Source of the DNA: Pseudodesulfovibrio mercurii
GTDB lineage: Bacteria > Desulfobacterota > Desulfovibrionia > Desulfovibrionales > Desulfovibrionaceae
Assembly: GCF_000189295.2 (NCBI RefSeq)
Contig: NC_016803.1
Span: 660,001 to 692,000, forward strand
DNA length: 32,000 bases
Reading direction: 5' to 3'
Shown: one piece after another, positions 9,426 through 18,785 of the stretch
Numbering within the stretch: the first letter of the stretch is position 1
How the letters are laid out: every line of letters starts with the position of its first letter
The notes under the pieces: generated by a model
Database searches by the model: none
Seen by the model: the letters and a program-made list of their open reading frames with translations, nothing else
What the model was told of the DNA's origin: nothing
Position numbers and translations under genes: made by a program

Positions 9426-10811
9426 TCAGCCCTGCGGGGAGCGGTCCGGCTCGTCGCCGGGCGCGATGCTGAAGACGGCTCCGGGGTATTCCTCGGCGCA
9501 TTGCAGCAGGGTCAGGTTGGCCTCGCTGTTGGCCGTGGCCTTGCCGAGCTGGCCCAGGACGCGTTCCAGGAAGCCGTACTTCTCGTCGAATTCGGCGAAG
9601 ACCCTCCGCTCGCCCTCCATGTTGATGGCCCGGATGACGTCGAGCACGCGCACGTCCGTCAGTTCGCGGGCCGGGGCGAAGACCTCATGCCCCGGCACCT
9701 CGGCCGGGACCGTGTAGCCCGCTTGCTGGAGCACCCGGAACAGGTCCGAGACCAGGGAGGCGGGGGCCATGAGACCGTCGGAGATCTCCTCCACGGACGG
9801 CAGGGGCGCGCCCTCGTGGAACCGCTTGGCCAGGACGACCATCATCAATACCGCGATCTTCTGCCGCTCGTAGGGCGTGGCCGTGCCGAAATAGCGCTGC
9901 TTGACGAAGGAATTGATGTTCTGCCAGGCGTGGCTGACCTGGGCGCCGAGCAGGACGATGACCCAGCTCAGGTAGATCCAGACCAGGAGCAGGGGCAACT
10001 GGGCGAAGCTGCCGTAGATGGCGTTGTACTTGACCGCGCCGATCTGCCAGTTGATGTACAGCCACTGGGCCATCTGCCACAGGACCCCGCCGACCACCCC
10101 GCCGATGATCGCGGCCCGGAGGCGCACCCGGGTGTTGGGGATGAAGGCGTACATCATGGAAAAGGCCATGATGATCAGGAGATACGGCACGGTCTTGAGG
10201 AACGCGGTCTCCAGGTAGCCGATGGCCTTGAGGCTCATGACCCGGGAGATCATCTCCTGGTTCTGCAGGCTGAAGTTGAAGCTCGAGGCCACGAACAGAA
10301 AGATGGGGCCGAAGAGGATGATCGGGAAGAAATCCGTGATCCGCCGCCAGGCCGAGCGCCCCTTGTCCACGCTCCAGATGACGTTGAAGGCCTTCTCGAT
10401 GGTCCCCACCAGGGAGAGGACCGTGAAGAGGAGCGTGACCACGCCGACCCAGCCCAGGGCCTGGACGTTGGTCCGGTCGATGTACTCGATGATCTTGTCC
10501 GCCACCTCGGGCTGGCCCGTGGTCAGGTGCAGGATCAGGTCGCGCATCTTGCCGGTGTTCTGGAAGCCGAACCCCTTGGAGATGGAGAAGGCCACGGCCA
10601 GGAACGGAACGATGGACAGGATGGTGGTGAAGGTCAGGGCCGCCGCGCGGATGATGGTCTGGTCCTTGATGAAGCTGAAGCCGATCAGGTAGACCAGACG
10701 GCAGGCCCCCCGCCAGATGCGCACCACGAAGGGCGTGCCGGGGACGTTGCGCTCCCATATGTCCTCGAGGAACTGCCGCCTCAGCTGCATGGCCTTTTTG
10801 ACCAGACTCAT
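9426..10811 (-). CDS. yihY: YihY/BrkB-family inner-membrane protein with C-terminal Rrf2-like winged-helix domain
   Basis: 461 aa. The N-terminal 300 aa or so carry the YihY signature (IIRAAALTFTTILSIVPFLAVAFSI, multiple TM segments). The last 150 aa align by eye with Rrf2/IscR-type wHTH proteins (see finding). Confidence 0.85.
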   Translation of the reverse strand: MSLVKKAMQLRRQFLEDIWERNVPGTPFVVRIWRGACRLVYLIGFSFIKDQTIIRAAALTFTTILSIVPFLAVAFSISKGFGFQNTGKMRDLILHLTTGQPEVADKIIEYIDRTNVQALGWVGVVTLLFTVLSLVGTIEKAFNVIWSVDKGRSAWRRITDFFPIILFGPIFLFVASSFNFSLQNQEMISRVMSLKAIGYLETAFLKTVPYLLIIMAFSMMYAFIPNTRVRLRAAIIGGVVGGVLWQMAQWLYINWQIGAVKYNAIYGSFAQLPLLLVWIYLSWVIVLLGAQVSHAWQNINSFVKQRYFGTATPYERQKIAVLMMVVLAKRFHEGAPLPSVEEISDGLMAPASLVSDLFRVLQQAGYTVPAEVPGHEVFAPARELTDVRVLDVIRAINMEGERRVFAEFDEKYGFLERVLGQLGKATANSEANLTLLQCAEEYPGAVFSIAPGDEPDRSPQG

Positions 10812-10897
10812 ACCCGCTCCACCTGTCCGCTAAAGGTTCCGCCCTGTTGCCGCATACACCGTTTGCGCCCGCGCAGGCAAGTCCGCCCGGTCTTCCA

Positions 10898-13800
10898 TCA
10901 GAACAGGTCCCGCAGAAATTCGAAGGACTTCTTGGGCAGGCTCAGGATGTTCAGGACCGTGTCGTTGACGATGCGCCCGGTGGGCACCTCCACCTTGGGG
11001 TCGGTTAGCTTGCCCGTCAGGTGCAGGGTCACGCTCGGCACGGCCACGAAGTCGTTGCGGATGGACAGGTCGATGGTGTTGGCGGGCAGGCTGAAATTCC
11101 CCTCGCCGTAGGCCTGAAGCACGGGCGGGGCCTCGAGCCGGAAGTTGTCGATCCTGAACACGCCCTTCTCCACCGTGGCGTCGGAGGACGACCTGCGGAA
11201 GACCGTGCGTCCGTTGGTCCGGCGTTGCTGCTCCGCGCCGATCTGCGCGCCCCGACCCTCATCCACCGGCCTGACGGGCAGGTCCCAGCCGGTGAACTTG
11301 AACGAGCCGTTGGTGATCCGCACCGAGGCAGTGCCGTCCAGGTTGGCCAGGATGTCGTCGTCGGTCCGGCCCACGCTGTGCAGGTCCGCCTTGATGTCCG
11401 TCTCGCCGCGCAGGTATTCGCGCTCGGCCATCTCCAGCATGAACGGACCGGCCTGCATCTTGTCCACGTCCAGGGTGAGGTGCAGGTCCAGGGCGTCGAG
11501 CCCCGCCTGCCCCTCCAGGCCTGCCTTGAGGGTCCCGCCGTGGAGTTTCCCCTGCATCCGGGACAAGTGGATGATGCCCTCGTTGGCCCGGACAAAGCCC
11601 TCCAGGGACTCGCAACGGACCCTGGCCAGGGTGAACTCCTGGAACAGAACCTTGCCGTTGAGCTTGAGGGCGCGGAGAAATTCGAGGGGCATTTTCGCGG
11701 GAGTGGATTCCGGCACCCTGCCCGCGCGCACGTCGCTCAGGCTCGGGGCCGGGGCGGGTGTCAGGTAGCGGTCCAGATTGAGGGGACCGGAGGCCAGGGA
11801 AAAGGCCAGCAGGGGGTTGGGGTAGCCCGTGCCGACCACGTGGCCCTTGACCGTGGTGCCGTCCAGCTCGCCGCTCAGGTCGCTCAGGGTGAAGCCGTTC
11901 CCGTCGGCCTCGTACCGCGCGGCCAGTGCGGCCTTGCGCAGGGCGTCGCCGTCACGGGTACGCAGGTTCTCGCCGGTCAGGAGGTAGATGATCCGCTTGG
12001 GGTCGGCCTGAGCCACGTCGAAGGCGCCCTCCACCCGCCGCTTTCCGGCGGAACCGGCCAGTCGGGCGTCACCCTTGAGGGTGGTCTCCAGGACCTGGAA
12101 CACGCCGTCCGTGAGGGACGCGGCTCCCTTGGCGGTGTCGAAGGCCACGGTGCCGCCGAAGGTCAGCCGCCGGGCATCCTTGGGCAGCCGGGGCGAGGTC
12201 AGGTAGCCGCTGACGGCCATGCCCCGGCTTTGGGCGCGAAGCTCGTCGATGCCCGCGGACAGGACCCCATCCGCCGTTCCGTTCAGCGATTCCAGGTCGC
12301 CGCCCGTGCGCAGCTTGATGCCGGCCGAGACCGTGCTGTTCCAGACGCCCTTGGCGCCATTGCCGTCGGGCCGGACCTTCACTTCCAGGTCCGCCCTGGT
12401 GTAGTCCAGGGAAAGGGGTTCGGCCTTGTCCCGCTTGAGAACCGCCTTGCCCCCGCCCAGGGAGAGCCGGGCCAACCCGTCGAGATGCTGCAGGATATAG
12501 ATGGACCGGGCATCGGGGGGACAGGCCATCTTCGGGACCGAGACCTCCAGGTGGAGGGTGCCCGAACCGCCCACGTCCAGCGGATCCCGGTGCAGGAACG
12601 CGAAGCCCCGCCGCTGGGACTCGGCATCGACCACGGCGCTCAACGCCAGGGTCGGATCGCCCGCCTTGTCCGTGCCGATGGCCACGTCCATGGTCCCGCC
12701 CAGGGAGGCCATGCCCTCGCGGATGGCCCCGGCGTCGAAGGCGATGCCCTTGTCCGTGGCGGCCACCTTCAGGCGGATATCCGAGATCAGGGTGTCGAGA
12801 ACCTTGAAGCCGTCCGCCCGGGCCGTGCCGCCGCCCCGCAAGGCCCGGAAGAACGGCAGGCCGAAATCGTCCCAGATGAACGGGGTGCCGGTGCGGAACA
12901 GGGGCAGGTAACGGTCCAGGTCGAGGGTGTTGCCGCGCAGGTCGAAGTCGAGGACCGGCCGGGTCCACCCCGTGAAGGCGCAGCGGCCACGCACGGTGAT
13001 GTCGTCCAGGGTCAGGATCAGATTGTCGAAGCGTGCCCCCTCCTCGGTGACGTGCACGAAGGAGGCCACCGCGCTGCTGCGCAGGCCGTCCACGTCCTTG
13101 ACCGGCATGTCCGGGGCGTACAGGGCGATGAGGTCGCGCGGCACGAACGGATGCACGGTGATGTGGCCCCGGAAGTCCAGCCCCTTGTCCAGGTCGCCGC
13201 TGGTCACGTCGCCCTCGGCGCGCAGGCCGAACAGGCTGGCCCGGATGTCCTCGAAGGTGACGATGCGCTTGTCCCAGTCCAGGTCCACGGCGGCGATGAA
13301 CTCGCCCGGCGCGGCCTTTTTGGGCAGAAAGTCGCCGTAGACCTTGGCCTGGACCGTGGTCCGGGAAAAGACCGGCGGAGTGCCGTCGTCCATGACCCGG
13401 ATCATGCCCTTGAGGACCAGGTCCGCCTTGATGCCCTGGTCGGCCCAGGAAAAGCCGCTGCTCAGGGAGAACGGCACGTCCTCGCCCAGGGTGACGTTCC
13501 CGGTGTGGATGTCTATGCCGGAAAGTTTGTACTCGGTGGCGGCCATCTCGTCGCGGAAGAGGAGTTCGGCGTCGGTGATCTCCACGCTGTTCACGGCGAA
13601 GGTCCAGCCGTCCATGGTCGCGCCCTCGCCCCCCTGACCGCCGCGCTCCACCAGGGACTGCCAGTTGAAAACGCCCTGCCCGTTGCGGACCACGACGCCC
13701 TTCAACCCCTTCAGCTCCAGGAATTCCACCTCCACGTGATGGGACAGGAGCGGCAGGATGCGCACGCTGATTTCAATGTCGTTGAAATGGGCCGCCGGGC

Positions 13801-14050
13801 CGTCGCCGAAGCCCGGCGCCTCGCCGATGCCGAGGTCCTCCACGGTCAGGGCAAGCCTCGGCCAGATGGCGATGTCCAGGTCGCCCTTGAGGGTCACGGA
13901 GCGGCCCAGGACCGTCTCCATGGTCTCGGTGAAGCGGGCGCGGAACTCGCCGGTGTCGATGTAGTAGGAGGCCCAGAGCAACAGCCCGGTGCAGACCAGG
14001 ACAAGGGCCACCAGGCACTCGACCAGGATGCGCGGCAGCCGCCTAAGCAT
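10898..14050 (-). CDS. asmA: AsmA-family outer-membrane biogenesis protein
   Basis: 1050 aa. N-terminal TM anchor (ILVECLVALVLVCTGLLLWASYY) followed by the AsmA N-domain pattern (FRARFTETMETVLGRSVTLKGDLDIAIWPRLALTVEDLGIGEAPGF). The body is long and beta-rich. The C-terminal AsmA_2-like end reads ...FRIDNFRLEAPPVLQAYGEGNFSLPANTIDLSI. Confidence 0.85.
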   Translation of the reverse strand: MLRRLPRILVECLVALVLVCTGLLLWASYYIDTGEFRARFTETMETVLGRSVTLKGDLDIAIWPRLALTVEDLGIGEAPGFGDGPAAHFNDIEISVRILPLLSHHVEVEFLELKGLKGVVVRNGQGVFNWQSLVERGGQGGEGATMDGWTFAVNSVEITDAELLFRDEMAATEYKLSGIDIHTGNVTLGEDVPFSLSSGFSWADQGIKADLVLKGMIRVMDDGTPPVFSRTTVQAKVYGDFLPKKAAPGEFIAAVDLDWDKRIVTFEDIRASLFGLRAEGDVTSGDLDKGLDFRGHITVHPFVPRDLIALYAPDMPVKDVDGLRSSAVASFVHVTEEGARFDNLILTLDDITVRGRCAFTGWTRPVLDFDLRGNTLDLDRYLPLFRTGTPFIWDDFGLPFFRALRGGGTARADGFKVLDTLISDIRLKVAATDKGIAFDAGAIREGMASLGGTMDVAIGTDKAGDPTLALSAVVDAESQRRGFAFLHRDPLDVGGSGTLHLEVSVPKMACPPDARSIYILQHLDGLARLSLGGGKAVLKRDKAEPLSLDYTRADLEVKVRPDGNGAKGVWNSTVSAGIKLRTGGDLESLNGTADGVLSAGIDELRAQSRGMAVSGYLTSPRLPKDARRLTFGGTVAFDTAKGAASLTDGVFQVLETTLKGDARLAGSAGKRRVEGAFDVAQADPKRIIYLLTGENLRTRDGDALRKAALAARYEADGNGFTLSDLSGELDGTTVKGHVVGTGYPNPLLAFSLASGPLNLDRYLTPAPAPSLSDVRAGRVPESTPAKMPLEFLRALKLNGKVLFQEFTLARVRCESLEGFVRANEGIIHLSRMQGKLHGGTLKAGLEGQAGLDALDLHLTLDVDKMQAGPFMLEMAEREYLRGETDIKADLHSVGRTDDDILANLDGTASVRITNGSFKFTGWDLPVRPVDEGRGAQIGAEQQRRTNGRTVFRRSSSDATVEKGVFRIDNFRLEAPPVLQAYGEGNFSLPANTIDLSIRNDFVAVPSVTLHLTGKLTDPKVEVPTGRIVNDTVLNILSLPKKSFEFLRDLF

Positions 14051-14942
14051 GATCCTTCCCGTCGCCGTTGCCGTCCCTGGGCTCGCGGCTCAGGCACAGG
14101 GCGCTCGCCCCGAACGTGAGGCCGGTCTTGCGGGCGATGCGCGGGCACTTGACCTTGAAGGCGCAGAACGCGCCGGGCCAGACCCCGTCCAGGGCCTCGA
14201 AGTTGCCCTGCCCCTTGCTCAGGATGACGTCGCTTGCGCGCATGCGCTCGATGAAGGCCGGGGTGCAGCGGTCCAGGACCGTGCCGGGGGTGTCCGCGCC
14301 GGACTCCACCACGGTGCACAGCTCGGTCATGCCCACGGCCACGGCGTCGGGCATGGTGGCGTCGTTGAGTACGGGCCGAGAGCGGACCGCGTAGGTCACC
14401 TCGCAGCCGATGCGCGTCAGTTCCCGGACCAGCAGGGTGTCCAGGACGATCTCGCCGGTGTTGTCGCCCAGGATGAGCACGGACGCGCCGGGCACGGCCT
14501 GTTGCCGGAAGCTGTCCAGCAGCTCGGGGGAAACCGAGTCCTTGACCTGGAACAGCTCCTTTTCCAGGTCGAAGTCCAGCTCCACGCCCCGGTCGATGTA
14601 GTTGCCGATGATGGCCAACTCCAGGGCCAGGCGCAGGGGATCGCCCGGACCGCGCTCGGCCTCCACGCGGGCCGCGAGGTCGGGAAGCAGTCCGAGGACG
14701 AAGGCGTTGGCCGCCGCCTTGTCCGCCGCGTACAGGTCGCCGCAGCCGGAGATTTCCCGAACCAGGTCCGAAAGATGCCGGGTCAGGGACGGCGGCGGCT
14801 CGTCCATATCCAGACGGGGCAGGAGGGCCTCCCACCGGGCGACGATCTCTTCACGCAGCGCGGGGTCGTCCGGGCAGGCGATCTTCGCCTCCCTGATGGC
14901 CATCCGCTTGAAGCAGGGCAGACATTCGAGTGCAGTATCCAT
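14043..14942 (-). CDS. DUF89 (ARMT1-like) metal-dependent damage-control phosphatase family protein
   Basis: From ATG 14942: MDTALECLPCFKRMAIREAKI... (the CxxC-containing N-terminus typical of one DUF89 subfamily), then ILGDNTGEIVLD and ILSKGQGNFEAL motifs. 299 aa. The stop overlaps the asmA start by 8 nt (ATGCTTAG). No strong SD, so the start rests on family N-terminus similarity. Confidence 0.75.
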   Translation of the reverse strand: MDTALECLPCFKRMAIREAKIACPDDPALREEIVARWEALLPRLDMDEPPPSLTRHLSDLVREISGCGDLYAADKAAANAFVLGLLPDLAARVEAERGPGDPLRLALELAIIGNYIDRGVELDFDLEKELFQVKDSVSPELLDSFRQQAVPGASVLILGDNTGEIVLDTLLVRELTRIGCEVTYAVRSRPVLNDATMPDAVAVGMTELCTVVESGADTPGTVLDRCTPAFIERMRASDVILSKGQGNFEALDGVWPGAFCAFKVKCPRIARKTGLTFGASALCLSREPRDGNGDGKDHA

Positions 14943-15072
14943 GAGGCAATCCGTTCGAAAAAAGGAAACGACGGGACACGGCGTCGCGGCCGACCGCAAC
15001 GACATGACCTCACAGTGTGATCGCACAACGCCCCGCCATTGGCAAGACGGTGATGGAATCGTTAAGAAAACG

Positions 15073-15912
15073 TCAGGAAGATTCGGGGAAGGAATCCGCG
15101 GTCAGCCCGACCACGGCGATGCCCGCCCGGTCGGCGAACTCGATGGCCGCCTCGCGGTCGAAGAACAGGCTCTTGCCCGCCTCCACGCCGAGACAGGTGG
15201 CCTTGCCCTCGGCCATGAGCTTCAGGGTGTCCAGACCGAGACTCGGCAGGTCCACCTCCTGCTGCTGGCCGGGCTTGAAGACCTTGACCACCACGCACTC
15301 CGGGCCGCCGTACCTGAAGCCGCGCCGCAGGGTCTCGTCCGTGCCCTCCAGGGCCTCCACGGCGGCCACGATGCCCTCTCGGACCACCACGCACTGGCCC
15401 ACGTCCATGCGCCCGAGCTCCTTGGCGATGTCCCAGGCGAACCTGAGGTCGCCCCACTCGCGCGCATCGGGTTCTCGCCGGGTCATGACACCCTCGGGCG
15501 AAAGCAGGTCCGGCAGGTACTCGTGGGCCGGAACAACGGGCATGCCCTCCTTCTCGAACTCCCGGCCGATGATGCCGAGCAGCGCGGAGTCGCCCTTGTC
15601 CTTGCGGCCGAGGATGAGCTTGATGGCCCGCATGTCCAGGTGGCGGATGTCCATGACCTTGGGCTTCTCGATGGTCCCGGCCATGATGACCTTGTCCACC
15701 TTCTCCTCCTTGAGGAAGGAGATGAGCTGGTTGAGCTTGCCGAGCTTGAGTTCCCGGAAGACGTCGGCCAGCGGGACCACGTCCATGTTGGTGTGTCCGG
15801 TGAAACCGGCCACCACGAGCCGGTGGCCCCTGGCCTTGACGCCACGGGCCACCAACACGGGGAACTGCTTGCCTCCGGCAATGAGGCCGATGGTGCTGAC
15901 GGGTTCGGTCAT
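15073..15912 (-). CDS. lpxI: UDP-2,3-diacylglucosamine diphosphatase LpxI (DUF1009)
   Basis: 279 aa, MTEPVSTIGLIAGGKQFPVLVARGVKARGHRLVVAGF..., with GQCVVVREGIVAAVEALEGTDETLRRG in the C-terminal domain. Located immediately after lpxA, as in other lpxI-type lipid A clusters. Confidence 0.8.
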   Translation of the reverse strand: MTEPVSTIGLIAGGKQFPVLVARGVKARGHRLVVAGFTGHTNMDVVPLADVFRELKLGKLNQLISFLKEEKVDKVIMAGTIEKPKVMDIRHLDMRAIKLILGRKDKGDSALLGIIGREFEKEGMPVVPAHEYLPDLLSPEGVMTRREPDAREWGDLRFAWDIAKELGRMDVGQCVVVREGIVAAVEALEGTDETLRRGFRYGGPECVVVKVFKPGQQQEVDLPSLGLDTLKLMAEGKATCLGVEAGKSLFFDREAAIEFADRAGIAVVGLTADSFPESS

Positions 15913-15928
15913 GCCGCTCCGGGAGGGC

Positions 15929-16738
15929 CTAGTGGCCGTTGGCGCAGCGCTGCTTGTGGTCGGGAACCACGCCGTTCTTGCTCTCGCGGATGAACGAGAC
16001 GAGACGGGCCACCTGGGGAATGCCCGGCAGCTCCTCTTCCACCTGGGCCAGGCTCTGTTCCTTGGTCAGGCCGGAGCGGAAGATGATCTTGTAGGCCTTC
16101 TTGAGCGCCTTGCAGGCGGCGGAGTCGAAGCCGTTGCGCTTGAGCCCGATGAGGTTGGGTCCGAATAGCATGCCGCGCACGCCGTGGGCCAGCATGAACG
16201 GCGGCACGTCGAGCTTGTAGCCGCTGGCGCCGCCCAGGAAGGAGTATTCGCCGATACGGATGAACTGCTGGACCGCGGACATGCCGGAGATGGTCACGTT
16301 GCGGCCCACCTCGACGTGGCCCGCCAGCTGCACGGCGTTGGCCAGGATGACGTGGTCGCCGATCTTGCAGTCGTGGGCGATGTGCGAATAGGCCATGAAC
16401 ATGCAGCCCGAGCCGATGACGGTCTCCTGCACGCCCTGGACCGTGCCGCGGTGGATGGTCACGCACTCGCGGATGATGTTGTTGTCGCCGATGCGGGTGA
16501 AGGTCCGCTCGCCCTTGAAGGCGGCGTGCTGCGGCTCGCCGCCGATGACGGCGTTCGGGTGTATGTGGTTGTTCTTGCCGATTTCGGTGTTGGCCTGGAT
16601 GACGCAATGGGTCTCCAGGAAGGTGCCGTCGCCGATCTTGGTGTCGGCCCCCACAACGACGTAGGGGTCGATGCGGACATCGGCTCCCAGCTCCGCCGTG
16701 GGATGAATAATGGCGCTGGGATGGATCTGACTGGACAT
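15929..16738 (-). CDS. lpxA: Acyl-ACP--UDP-GlcNAc O-acyltransferase LpxA
   Basis: From ATG 16738: [39 protein letters not shown]... (hexapeptide-repeat LbH fold) plus a helical C-terminal domain. The ATG overlaps the fabZ stop (TAATG). The track ORF's 30-aa Arg-rich extension is rejected. Confidence 0.93.
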   Translation of the reverse strand: MSSQIHPSAIIHPTAELGADVRIDPYVVVGADTKIGDGTFLETHCVIQANTEIGKNNHIHPNAVIGGEPQHAAFKGERTFTRIGDNNIIRECVTIHRGTVQGVQETVIGSGCMFMAYSHIAHDCKIGDHVILANAVQLAGHVEVGRNVTISGMSAVQQFIRIGEYSFLGGASGYKLDVPPFMLAHGVRGMLFGPNLIGLKRNGFDSAACKALKKAYKIIFRSGLTKEQSLAQVEEELPGIPQVARLVSFIRESKNGVVPDHKQRCANGH

Positions 16739-17196
16739 TACATGTCCCCCCTGTTGGCGATGGCGGCGGAGAATTCGCCCTGGCAGGTCACCTGACCGTC
16801 CACTTCGGCGACGCCGCGCATCTTCCATATGTTCAACTTTTGTTTGAGGAATTGGACGTTCAGGACGAGCTGGTCGCCCGGAACCACGGGCCTGCGGAAC
16901 TTGACCTTGTCCAGGCCGGTGAACAGAAAAATCCTGTCCCCGAGCGGTTCGTCGAAGGAATTCATGACGAACAGCGCGCCGGTCTGGGCCAGGGCCTCGA
17001 GCTGGAGCACGCCGGGCATGACCGGCAGCCCCGGGAAATGTCCCTGGAAAAAGTTCTCGTTGATGGTCACGTTCTTCACGGCCTTGAGACGGACCCCCGC
17101 CTCGAACTCCAGCACGCGGTCCACCAGCAGGAAGGGGTACCGGTGCGGGAGCATCTCCATGATCTTGCGTATGTCGAGCGGACAGCCGTTATTCAT
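16738..17196 (-). CDS. fabZ: 3-hydroxyacyl-ACP dehydratase FabZ
   Basis: 152 aa. [13 protein letters not shown] and [23 protein letters not shown] hot-dog active-site motifs. Confidence 0.95.
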   Translation of the reverse strand: MNNGCPLDIRKIMEMLPHRYPFLLVDRVLEFEAGVRLKAVKNVTINENFFQGHFPGLPVMPGVLQLEALAQTGALFVMNSFDEPLGDRIFLFTGLDKVKFRRPVVPGDQLVLNVQFLKQKLNIWKMRGVAEVDGQVTCQGEFSAAIANRGDM

Positions 17197-18229
17197 CGCT
17201 CCCTCCGCTGGCCATCTTCAGGTCGGCCAGTTCTTTTTCCAGTTTCTTCACGCGCTTGAACAGCTCGGGCAGTTTGGGCGTGCACACGCCCACGGCCTTG
17301 AAGTAGGCCTTGGCCGGGATGGCCGGGCTGCCCGCGAGCCTGCTGCCGGGCTCGACGTCGCCGAGGATGCCGCTCTGGGCGGCGACCATGGCCCCGTCGC
17401 CGATCCTGACGTTGTCCGGCACGCCGGTCTGGCCCGCAAGGACCACGCCGTTGCCGATGACCGAGGAACCGCCGATGCCGGTCTGACCGATGATCAGGCA
17501 GTGCTCGCCGATCTCCACATTGTGGCCGATCTGGACCAGATTGTCGATCTTGGTCCCCCGGCCGATGCGGGTGGTGTCCAGGGCGGCGCGGTCGATGGCC
17601 GAGTTGGAGCCGATCTCCACGTCGTTCTCGACGACCACGGTGCCGATCTGGGGAATCTTCATGTGCCCGAACGGGGTCTGGGCATAGCCGTAGCCGTCGC
17701 CGCCGAGCACCGCTCCGGGCTGGAGGATGACGTGGTCGCCCAGGGTCAGGCCGCCCATGACCACGCAGTTGGGGTAGAGGATGCACCCCTCCCCGATGAC
17801 GCTCCCCTCGCCCACGTAGGCCCCGGCGAAGATGACCGTGTCCGGCCCGACCACGGCCCCCGCGCCCACGAAGGCGAAGGGGTAGACTGTGGCGGAATCG
17901 GCCACGTCGGCGTCGGGGTGGACGAAGGCCAGGGTGTGCACGCCGGTCAGGCACCCTTGGGGGCGCGCAAAGACGTTCACCACCCGGGCCAGGTCCATGT
18001 ACACGTTCTCGCTCACGAGCGCGCACGGGACCCTGTCGGCATAATGGCCGGATGTGAGGACACATCCGGCCTTGGTGGTTTCCAACTGGTGCAGGTACTT
18101 GGGATTGACCAGGAACGACAGGTCGCCGGGCCCGGCCTTTTCCAGGGTGTTGACCCCGGCTATCTCCCTATCCGCACCCGTGTAGGCAAGCCCGAGCTTT
18201 TCGGCCAGGGCGGACAGCTTGATGGTCAT
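17189..18229 (-). CDS. lpxD: UDP-3-O-acylglucosamine N-acyltransferase LpxD
   Basis: 346 aa. N-terminal uridine-binding domain ([18 protein letters not shown]...), a long hexapeptide-repeat region and a C-terminal helix. The stop overlaps the fabZ start by 8 nt. Confidence 0.93.
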   Translation of the reverse strand: MTIKLSALAEKLGLAYTGADREIAGVNTLEKAGPGDLSFLVNPKYLHQLETTKAGCVLTSGHYADRVPCALVSENVYMDLARVVNVFARPQGCLTGVHTLAFVHPDADVADSATVYPFAFVGAGAVVGPDTVIFAGAYVGEGSVIGEGCILYPNCVVMGGLTLGDHVILQPGAVLGGDGYGYAQTPFGHMKIPQIGTVVVENDVEIGSNSAIDRAALDTTRIGRGTKIDNLVQIGHNVEIGEHCLIIGQTGIGGSSVIGNGVVLAGQTGVPDNVRIGDGAMVAAQSGILGDVEPGSRLAGSPAIPAKAYFKAVGVCTPKLPELFKRVKKLEKELADLKMASGGSDE

Positions 18230-18233
18230 GCGA

Positions 18234-18749
18234 CTACTTTCCGGCCTTTTGGAGTTTGTCGAGTTCCTTGACGAGCTGATCGGTGATGTCCAGGCCGTCG
18301 GCGATGAAGGCCAGGCCGGGGGTCTGCTTGTCGAAGACGATGGTGTAGCCGTGCGCGGTGCAGTAGTCCATGAGGATCTTCTCGAGCTTCTTGAGCACGG
18401 GCTTGCCCAGCTCGTTCTGCTCGGCCTGGATGGCCTTCTGGTAGACGGAGAAGTCCTCGTTCCAGTCGCGGCCGCGGCGGCGGAGCTCGGTGACCTTGTC
18501 CTGGAGGACCTTGCCCTCGAAGGCGTTGCTGTCGATCTGCATCTTCAGCTTTTCGAGGTCCTCGCGCTCCTTCTTGAGCTGGTTGCCGCGGGCGGTGAAC
18601 TTGGCGTCGAGCTTATCGCGCACATCCTTGCCGTAGGCGGATTTCTGCACGACTTCCTTGGTGCTGAAGACCGCGATCTTGGTCTCGGCATAGGCTGCGG
18701 CCTGAAGCAGAAAGACGAAACAAACGGCAAACAGACAGATCTTTTTCAT
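18234..18749 (-). CDS. skp: OmpH/Skp periplasmic chaperone
   Basis: 171 aa. Signal peptide [21 protein letters not shown], then a Lys/Glu/Gln-rich coiled body. AAGGAG SD. Canonical position between bamA and lpxD. Confidence 0.85.
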   Translation of the reverse strand: MKKICLFAVCFVFLLQAAAYAETKIAVFSTKEVVQKSAYGKDVRDKLDAKFTARGNQLKKEREDLEKLKMQIDSNAFEGKVLQDKVTELRRRGRDWNEDFSVYQKAIQAEQNELGKPVLKKLEKILMDYCTAHGYTIVFDKQTPGLAFIADGLDITDQLVKELDKLQKAGK

Positions 18750-18785
18750 TGTATGACTCCTTGACTGATTAAAAACGATGTCGGG

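Noticed and set aside
11021-14119. 1032-aa plus-strand ORF
   Set aside because: It is antisense to asmA and has the same GC-bias artefact composition (Gly/Ala/Arg/Val/Gln-rich). It has no SD and no recognisable domains.
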